Of a stretch of DNA of 64,000 nucleotides, positions 55,701-64,000 are shown in pieces. Source of the DNA: Macrostomum lignano (Eukaryota). The stretch covers positions 930,001 to 994,000 of the forward strand of contig NIVC01000056.1 of NCBI GenBank assembly GCA_002269645.1, in the 5' to 3' direction. The position numbers and the translations under genes were made by a program. Positions within the stretch are counted from its first letter, which is position 1, and each line of letters starts with the position of its first letter. A model generated the notes under the pieces. It did no database searches and was not told the origin of the DNA. It was given only the letters and a program-made list of their open reading frames with translations.

Positions 55701-58700
55701 GTTCAGTTTGGGGTGTCTGTAGGGTTCAGTTTGGGGTGTCTGTAGGGTTCAGTTTGGGGTGTCTGTAGGGTTCAGTTTGGTGTGTCTGTAAGGTTCAGTT
55801 TGTTGTGTCTGTAGGGTTCAGTTTGGGGTGTCTGTAGGGTTCAGTTTGGTGTGTCTGTAGGGTTCAGTTTGGGGTGTCTGTAGGGTTCAGTTTGGGGTGT
55901 CTGTAGGGTTCAGTTTGGTGTGTCTGTAGGGTTCAGTTTGGGGTGTCTGTAGGGTTCAGTTTGGGGTGTCTGTAGGGTTCAGTTTGGTGTGTCTGTAAGG
56001 TTCAGTTTGTTGTGTCTGTAGGGTTCAGTTTGGGGTGTCTGTAGGGTTCAGTTTGGTGTGTCTGTAGGGTTCAGTTTGGGGTGTCTGTAGGGTTCAGTTT
56101 GGTGTGTCTGTAGGGTTCAGTTTGTTGTGTCTGTAGGGTTCAGTTTGGGGTGTCTGTAGGGTTCAGTTTGGTGTGTCTGTAGGGTTCAGTTTGGGGTGTC
56201 TGTAGGGTTCAGTTTGGGGTGTCTGTAGGGTTCAGTTTGGTGTGTCTGTAAGGTTCAGTTTGTTGTGTCTGTAGGGTTCAGTTTGGGGTGTCTGTAGGGT
56301 TCAGTTTGGGGTGTCTGTAGGGTTCAGTTTGGTGTGTCTGTAGGGTTCAGTTTGGGGTGTCTGTAGGGTTCAGTTTGGGGTGTCTGTAGGGTTCAGTTTG
56401 GTGTGTCTGTAGGGTTCAGTTTGGGGTGTCTGTAGGGTTCAGTTTGGGGTGTCTGTAGGGTTCAGTTTGGTGTGTCTGTAAGGTTCAGTTTGTTGTGTCT
56501 GTAGGGTTCAGTTTGGGGTGTCTGTAGGGTTCAGTTTGGTGTGTCTGTAGGGTTCAGTTTGGGGTGTCTGTAGGGTTCAGTTTGGTGTGTCTGTAGGGTT
56601 CAGTTTGGTGTGTCTGTAGGGTTCAGTTTGGGGTGTCTGTAGGGTTCAGTTTGGTGTGTCTGTAGGGTTCAGTTTGGGGTGTCTGTAGGGTTCAGTTTGG
56701 TGTGTCTTTAGGGTTTAGTTTGGGGTGTCTGTAGGGTTTAGCTTGGGGTGTCTTTAGGGTTTAGTTTGGGGTGTCTTTGGCGTTCAGTTGGGTGTGTGTA
56801 GGATTCAGTTTGGTGTGTCTTTATGGTTTAGTTTGGGGTGTCTGTAGGGTTCAGTTTGGTGTGTCTGTAAGGTTCAGTTTGTTGTGTCTGTAGGGTTCAG
56901 TTTGGTGTGTCTTTAGGGTTCAGTTTGGGGTGTCTGTAGGGTTCAGTTTGGTGTGTCTTTAGGGTTTAGTTTGGGGTGTCTGTAGGGTTTAGTTTGGGGT
57001 GTCTTTGGGGTTCAGTTTGGTGTGTCTGTAGGATTCAGTTTGGTGTGTCTTTATGGTTTAGTTTGGGGTGTCTGTAGGGTTCAGTTTTGTGTGTCTGTAG
57101 GGTTCAGTTTGGGGTGTCTGTAGGGTTCAGTTTGGGGTGTCTGTAAGGTTCAGTTTGGTGTGTCTTTAGGGTTTAGTTTGGGGTGTCTGTAGGGTTTAGT
57201 TTGGGGTGTCATTAGGGTTTAGTTTGGGGTGTCTTTGGGGTTCAGTTTGGTGTGTCTGTAGGATTCAGTTTGGTGTGTCTTTATGGTTTAGTTTGGGGTG
57301 TCTGTAGGGTTCAGTTTGGTGTGTCTGTAAGGTTCAGTTTGTTGTGTCTGTAGGGTTCAGTTTGGGGTGTCTGTAGGGTTCAGTTTGGTGTGTCTGTAGG
57401 GTTCAGTTTGGGGTGTCTGTAGGGTTCAGTTTGGTGTGTCTTTAGGGTTTAGTTTGGGGTGTCTTTGGGGTTCAGTTTGGTGTGTCTGTAGGATTCAGTT
57501 TGGTGTGTCTTTATGGTTTAGTTTGGGGTGTCTGTAGGGTTCAGTTTGGTGTGTCTGTAGGGTTCAGTTTGGGGTGTCTGTAGGGTTCAGTTTGGGGTGT
57601 CTGTAGGGTTCAGTTTGGTGTGTCTGTAGGGTTCAGTTTGGGGTGTCTGTAGGGTTCAGTTTGGGGTGTCTGTAGGGTTCAGTTTGGGGTGTCTGTAGGG
57701 TTCAGTTTGGTGTGTCTTTAGGGTTTAGTTTAGGGTGTCTGTAGGGTTTAGTTTGGGGTGTCTTTAGGGTTTAGTTTGGGGTGTCTTTGGGGTTCAGTTT
57801 GGTGTGTCTGTAGGATTCAGTTTGGTGTGTCTTTATGGTTTAGTTTGGGGTGTCTGTAGGGTTCAGTTTGGTGTGTCTTTAGGGTTTAGTTTGGGGTGTT
57901 TTTGGGGTTCAGTTTGGTGTGTCTGTAGGGTTCAGTTTGGGGTGTCTGTAGGGTTCAGTTTAGTGTGTCTGTAGGATTCAGTTTGGTGTGTCTGTAGGGT
58001 TCAGTTTGGGGTGTCTGTAGGGTTCAGTTTAGTGTGTCTGTAGGGTTCAGTTTGGTGTGTCTTTAGGGTTTAGTTTAGGGTGTTTTTGGGGTTCAGTTTG
58101 GTGTGTCTGTAGGGTTCAGTTTGGGGTGTCTGTAGGGTTCAGTTTAGTGTGTCTGTAGGGTTCAGTTTGGTGTGTCTTTAGGGTTTAGTTTGGGGTGTTT
58201 TTGAGGTTCAGTTTGGTGTGTCTGTAGGGTTCAGTTTGGTGTGTCTTTAGGGTTTAGTTTGGGGTGTCTGTAGGGTTTAGTTTGGGGTGTCTGTAGGGTT
58301 CAGTTTGGTGTGTCTGTAGGGTTCAGTTTGGGGTGTCTGTAGGGTTCAGTTTGGGGTGTCTGTAGGGTTCAGTTTGGGGTGTCTGTAGGGTTCAGTTTGG
58401 GGTGTCTGTAGGGTTCAGTTTGGTGTGTCTGTAGGGTTCAGTTTGTTGTGTCTGTAGGGTTCAGTTTGGGGTGTCTGTAGGGTTCAGTTTGGGGTGTCTG
58501 TAGGGTTCAGTTTGGTGTGTCTGTAGGGTTCAGTTTGGGGTGTCTGTAGGGTTCAGTTTGGGGTGTCTGTAGGGTTCAGTTTGGGGTGTCTGTAGGGTTC
58601 AGTTTGGGGTGTCTGTAGGGTTCAGTTTGGTGTGTCTGTAAGGTTCAGTTTGTTGTGTCTGTAGGGTTTAGTTTGGGGTGTCTGTAGGGTTCAGTTTGGT

Positions 58701-60563
58701 GTGTCTGTAGGGTTCAGTTTGGGGTGTCTGTAGGGTTTAGTTTGGGGTGTCTGTAGGGTTCAGTTTGGTGTGTCTGTAGGGTTCAGTTTGGTGTGTCTGT
58801 AGGGTTCAGTTTGGGGTGTCTGTAGGGTTCAGTTTGGTGTGTCTGTAGGGTTCAGTTTGGGGTGTCTGTAGGGTTCAGTTTGGGGTGTCTGTAGGGTTCA
58901 GTTTGGTGTGTCTGTAGGGTTCAGTTTGGGGTGTCTGTAGGGTTCAGTTTGGGGTGTCTGTAGGGTTCAGTTTGGTGTGTCTGTAGGATTCAGTTTGGTG
59001 TGTCTTTATGGTTTAGTTTGGGGTGTCTGTAGGGTTCAGTTTGGGGTGTCTGTAGGGTTCAGTTTGGGGTGTCTGTAGGGTTCAGTTTCAGGATTAATTT
59101 TGTATCGCTATTAAACTCGCAGGTGCAAAAGCGATGACGTCAGTTCTGACAGTTCGGAGTTCGACATCGCGGGCAGTCTGACCAGGCAAGCAGAGCGAGA
59201 GTTGCCAGCGGCCCTGTCCAGTGCAAACGAGTCTGCCATTTCCGCTGCTTACATTGCTAATATCGGTCGATTGATTGAAGTAAATATTCTATCAGATTGT
59301 CAAATGTTTTATACAATACTCTTAATAGTCTCATAAAAAAATATTTCATTGATTATGTATATTTGCCAATAATAATGTCAATATTAATTCTAAGAAAATC
59401 GGCCTAAAAAATCGATACTAATTCTAAGAAAATCGCCCTCAATGATCGATATTAATTCTAAGAAAATCGCCCTCAATAAGCGATATTAATTCTAGGAAAA
59501 TCGCCCTCAATAATCGATACTAATTCTAAGAAATTCGGCCTCAATAATCGATATTAATTCTAAGAAAATCGCCCTCAATAATCAGTATGAATTCTAAGAA
59601 AATCGCCCTCAATAATCGATATTAATTCTTAAAAAATCGCCCTCAATAATCGATACTAATTCTAAGAAAATGGGTCTCAATAATCGATATTAATTCTAAG
59701 AAAATCGCCCTCAATAAGCGATATTAATTCTAAGAAAATCGCCCTCAATAATCGATACTAATTCTAAGAAATTCGGCCTCAATAATCGATATTAATTCTA
59801 AGAAAATCGCCCTCAATAATCAGTATGAATTCTAAGAAAATCGCCCTCAATAATCGATACTAATTCTAAGAAATTCGGCCTCAATAATCGATATTAATTC
59901 TAAGAAAATCGCCCTCAATAATCGATATTAATTCTAAGAAAATCGCCCTCAATAATCGATATTAATTCTAAGAAAATCGCCCTCAATAATCAGTATGAAT
60001 TCTAAGAAAATCGCCCTCAATAATCGATACTAATTCTAAGAAATTCGGCCTCAATAATCGATATTAATTCTAAGAAAATCGCCCTCAATAATCGATATTA
60101 ATTCTAAGAAAATCGCCCTCAATAATCGATATTAATTCTTAAAAAATCGCCCTCAATAAGCGATACTAATTCTAAGAAAATCGCCCTCAATAAGCGATAC
60201 TAATTCGACGAAAATCGCCCTCAATAATCGATATTAATTCTAACAAAATCGCCCTCTATAATCGATATTATTTCTAATAAAATCGGTCTCAATAATCGAT
60301 AATAATTCTAAGAAAATCGGCCTTAATAATCGATAATAAACTTGAATATTATTGTGCTTTTAACTTTCCAGGAAACGGAGACCTCAATGCGGCAGCAGCT
60401 GATAGACGTCTATTTTGACAACGTGTGCGGCGTTGTTGAAACAATGCGCACCAGTTTGAGCAAAGAATCGCGAATGGCTAGAGAACTGCTGCAGCGGGAG
60501 CTCAATGAGGCTATTAATAGATCTTCCCCTTTAGTCAGCTGCTCGAAATTGCTTACTGATTAA
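52773..60563 (+). CDS. CAPZB: F-actin capping protein beta subunit, divergent, 4 exons, 301 aa
   Basis: Exons 52773-52993, 55242-55577, 59123-59279 and 60372-60563, GT-AG and frame-consistent. Motifs: [75 protein letters not shown]. Confidence 0.93.
53110..55185. repeat. 32-bp minisatellite (GAGTAGAATGAAGGAAGTGAGTAGAGACAGTT), ~65 copies, CAPZB intron 1
   Basis: Direct repetition. Explains the minus-strand 549-679 aa ORFs. Confidence 0.97.
55585..59090. repeat. 23-bp G/T-rich minisatellite (GGGTTCAGTTTGGGGTGTCTGTA), ~150 copies, CAPZB intron 2
   Basis: Direct repetition filling essentially the whole intron. Confidence 0.97.
59375..60345. repeat. 34-bp minisatellite (AATTCTAAGAAAATCGCCCTCAATAATCGATATT), CAPZB intron 3
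   Basis: Direct repetition. Confidence 0.96.
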
Positions 60564-61552
60564 CTTTATTAACTGGATTGGATCTATTTTAATGACGTCA
60601 TTGCTGAATCGTGTCGTGTTAGCGCTTAGCTCTCTACTGACTTAAGTAGACTAAATAGAGTTGTTATAAATGCGAAATGCGATTCTATTTCATGAAGTGA
60701 CGTTGCGTTTTAGTGGCTTTTTGAGCTGAAAAGAAAGTATTTTTTAAATTTTGACAATGTCAGTATTATCATCGCATCACAATCTGGTCAGTTTTGACAG
60801 TTTTTTTTCAACTTTTATTTTCTAGTGCTTTATAACAAAAGTCGCGCTTTTTCGCTTTTTATCTACTTTTAGTAGCTACCTACTGGCTTTTTTTTAGTTT
60901 TTGTTCAAAAAATTTTTGGAAGCTTTTTGCATGACAACTCAATCATATCTAAACCAGTCTGAGCTGCTATAGGCTTGTCTACGCGAGCCGTATTGAGTAT
61001 TTTCACCCACACCGTTAGTCTTCTTTCGCGTGGACAAGCTCGCATAAATTATTAATACAATATTTGCCCCCCCTCCCCTGCGTGACGTGCCCTGTCCAGA
61101 TTTTTATCTACTCTTGCTTTCCCTCTTTTTCTCCTGTGCAGTCTCGGCTTAACTCAGTTGAGTAAAAATATATAATCTGTATAATCTGTGCATAGGCAGT
61201 AGATTCCTGTTTTCTATATAATAAGCATGCTATATTTTCTGCTTTTATATTGCCTGTTTTTCTTTGATTTCCTCGGCTTTTGTCACGTAGTATTATAGTT
61301 CAGCTTCTGGGTCGAGATTTGCTGCGATTTCGATTGACAAACCGGGGCTTGACATCCGCAGGTTGATTGTTTTTGCTGAAGCAGCCAGCGCTCTGTATCC
61401 GTGCGTGTGCTTGTACGCACTTATCGAGATTCACTGTTTGGGCGCGTTCCGTCTGTCTGCCCGTTTGCCTCTCTCTTGATTTTGGAGCTGGAATGCTGGG
61501 CTTTTCTTGCATTTAGAAAACAAATCGCCTTTTTTATTGTCAACTCTGCACC

Positions 61553-62215
61553 ATGAGAATCGCCCTCTCTGCAACATGAGAATCGCCCTCTCTGCAACAT
61601 GAGAATCGCCCTCTCTGCAACATGAGAATCGCCCTCTCTGCACCATGAGAATCGCCCTCTCTGCAACATGAGAATCGCCCTCTCTGCAACATGAGAATCG
61701 CCCTCTCTGCACCATGAGAATCGCCCTCTCTGCAACATGAGAATCGCCCTCTCTGCAACATGAGAATCGCCCTCTCTGCAACATGAGAATTGCCAACTCT
61801 GCAACATGAGAATCGCCCTCTCTGCAACATGAGAATCGCCCTCTCTGCACCATGAGAATCGCCAACTCTGCAACATGAGAATTGCCCTCTCTGCAACATG
61901 AGAATTGCCAACTCTGCAACATGAGAATCGCCCTCTCTGCAACATGAGAATCGCCCTCTCTGCAACATGAGAATTGCCAACTCTGCAACATGAGAATCGC
62001 CCCCTCAGCAACATGAGAATCGCCCTCTCTGCAACATGAGAATTGCCCTCTCTGCAACATGAGAATCGCCAACTCTGCAACATGAGAATCGCCCTCTCTG
62101 CAACATGAGAATCGCCCTCTCTGCAACATGAGAATCGCCCTCTCTGCAACATGAGAATCGCCCTCTCTGCAACATGAGAATTGCCCTCTCTGCAACATGA
62201 GAATTGCCCTCTGCA
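61553..62215. repeat. 23-bp minisatellite (GAGAATCGCCCTCTCTGCAACAT)
   Basis: Direct repetition. Confidence 0.96.
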
Positions 62216-62825
62216 CAGAAAATGTCATAACTATGCGTATGTGTGTCTGCATTACCAATTGGGAAATCAAATCTGTACTGTGCTCACTTCTCAAGCCTGT
62301 GCAGCCGTCGGTTGCTATTTCCTGGAAATCTGATTCTGGCATCCTTCTTGCACGTTGCTCTTAGTCAGTCTCGCGCGACGGGCAATATAAGAAGAATAAA
62401 ACAAATTCCTAGTTACCAGTGCCATTGCCTTTGATATATCATAATATTCGAATCTATTATAATTTCCAATTATATAAGGATTGTATAGGAAGCCATGTGA
62501 CTTGACATGCAAGCAAATCCAGATCTGCTATGACAGGCGACATGCTTCACAGGAAACTGATCATTTATCAACTTTCTTTTCTGGCTTTCTCCTTTGTTTA
62601 GATTTTAGTATTGAAGCGAGTTGAGTTTTTAGTATGGTTCGAATTGATGAGCTGCGGCGTCTCAGGAAGTAACGTTGATAGGCAGCCAATTTCCAACCTC
62701 TGAGCATGAGCACACGCGCTCAAGCAGGGTGCACAATGGTATGAGCTGTACACGCTTTTCGAAAGTTACTCCTCAATATTTTGGCCGCTTGATGTACTTA
62801 TTGTTAGAGTAACCGTTGCTTGTTA

Positions 62826-63012
62826 CGGAGTGTGTGAGCACAGGGAGTGTGTGAGCACAGGGAGTTTTTGAGCACAGGGAGGGTGTGAGCACAGGGAGGG
62901 TGTGAGCACAGGGAGTGTGTGAGCACAGGGAGTTTTTGAGCACAGGGAGTGTGTGAGCACAGGGAGTTTTTGAGCACAGGGAGTGTGTGAGCACAGGGAG
63001 TGTGTGAGCACA
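62826..63012. repeat. 17-bp minisatellite (GAGCACAGGGAGTGTGT)
   Basis: Direct repetition. Confidence 0.92.
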
Positions 63013-63654
63013 GGTAGGGTGAGGGCACAGGAAGGGTTATACACATTGGCTAACACGTTTCTGACTATAACTGCTATCATCAAGGGTAGGGATTTGCTGA
63101 TTAGCCGATAATTTCCTTCTGCACGTACTTGAGAACTATTTCATGTCCTAAATAGTGCTAGCAAAATGCGCGGCCCCAATCACCGTGGATTGTTATTACA
63201 CGCTCCGCTAGCCACATCTCTAGGCTGGATAATGGATAATGTATAATTTTTAGCTTACTCCTGAGTTGCCGAGATGGATGTGGAAATTATACCCAGCTTC
63301 AGGGTCTTTGCTCTGCTCACGCTTCTTATGCCCCATCTTGACTAGCGCAATTACGAGCGAACGGAAGCGAGAGTCAGTTAATTATTAAGCAGCAACTTAA
63401 CGGTATGCATCGAAAATTGATAAGTAAAATAAGCCCTCAGCTGATTGAATAATTGACAACAGGTGGTGCGTCATTATCGATTTTAAAGCGAGTTCTTTTT
63501 TATACGACAATTACTCTTTGGTGCTGAGGAGCAGTGTCTAGTGTACCTGCAGCTGTATGTGCGTATGGTTGGGGCGATTTTAATTGGATATCACGAGCCA
63601 GAAAGGGATTAAGGTACATGAAAATGTGAAGGTAGCTGTTGACATAGGACAAAG

Positions 63655-64000
63655 GAGTCAGGAGGCAGAAGAGTCAGGAGGCAGAAGAGACAGAAGAGTC
63701 AGGAGACAGAAGAGTCAGGAGACAGAAGAGTCAGCAGGCAGAAGAGTCAGGGGACAGAAGAGTCAGGAGACAGAAGAGTCAGAAGACAGAAGAGTCAGGA
63801 GGCAGAAGAGTCAGCAGACAGAAGAGTCAGAAGACAGAAGAGTCAGGCGACTGAAGAGTCAGCAGGCAGAAGAGTCAGGATACAGAAGAATCAGCAGGCA
63901 GAATAGTCAGGAGGCAGAAGAGTCAGGAGACAGAAGAATCAGGAGGCAGAAGAGTCAGGAGGCAGAAGAGTCAGGAGACAGAAGAGTCAGGGGACAGAAG
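63655..64000. repeat. 16-bp minisatellite (GACAGAAGAGTCAGGA), cut by window end
   Basis: Direct repetition. Confidence 0.93.

Noticed and set aside
56700-58300. TTTAGGG/TTAGGG-like words suggesting telomeric repeats
   Set aside because: They are point variants of the 23-bp unit and never form tandem telomere hexamers.
61421-62342. 146-303 aa minus-strand ORFs
   Set aside because: Translations of the 23-bp repeat.

Overview
Eukaryotic animal genomic DNA, most likely a free-living flatworm of the Macrostomum type. That assignment is an inference from GC-rich exons, GT-AG introns packed with minisatellites and the conserved gene set. About 22 kb (roughly 35%) of the window is tandem repeat, in over 20 distinct arrays, and most long ORFs in the supplied track are artefacts of these arrays. 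The left 25 kb holds eight conserved genes, all on the minus strand: NXT1 (absent from the ORF track), GLRX5, C5orf22/UPF0489 (frameshifted), SCLY, RPF2, TIMM29, C9orf85 and an SDR/FabG-like gene. Their spacers are short once repeats are subtracted, and several have a splice-acceptor AG 1-6 nt before the ATG. C5orf22 and the 8-exon fucokinase (FCSK, + strand) have no in-frame genomic ATG but begin at a phase-0 acceptor exactly where the homologous N-terminus is expected. This fits an operon resolved by spliced-leader trans-splicing, with the start codon supplied by the AUG at the end of the flatworm leader. FCSK intron 4 hosts an antisense intronless GPCR and a LINE fragment. A divergent 4-exon CAPZB lies at 52.8-60.6 kb. 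Also present are tRNA-derived SINEs (one with a tandemly amplified head), hAT-type MITEs with TIRs and TSDs, RFX X-box motifs, and intronic arrays whose units carry splice-site consensus sequences.
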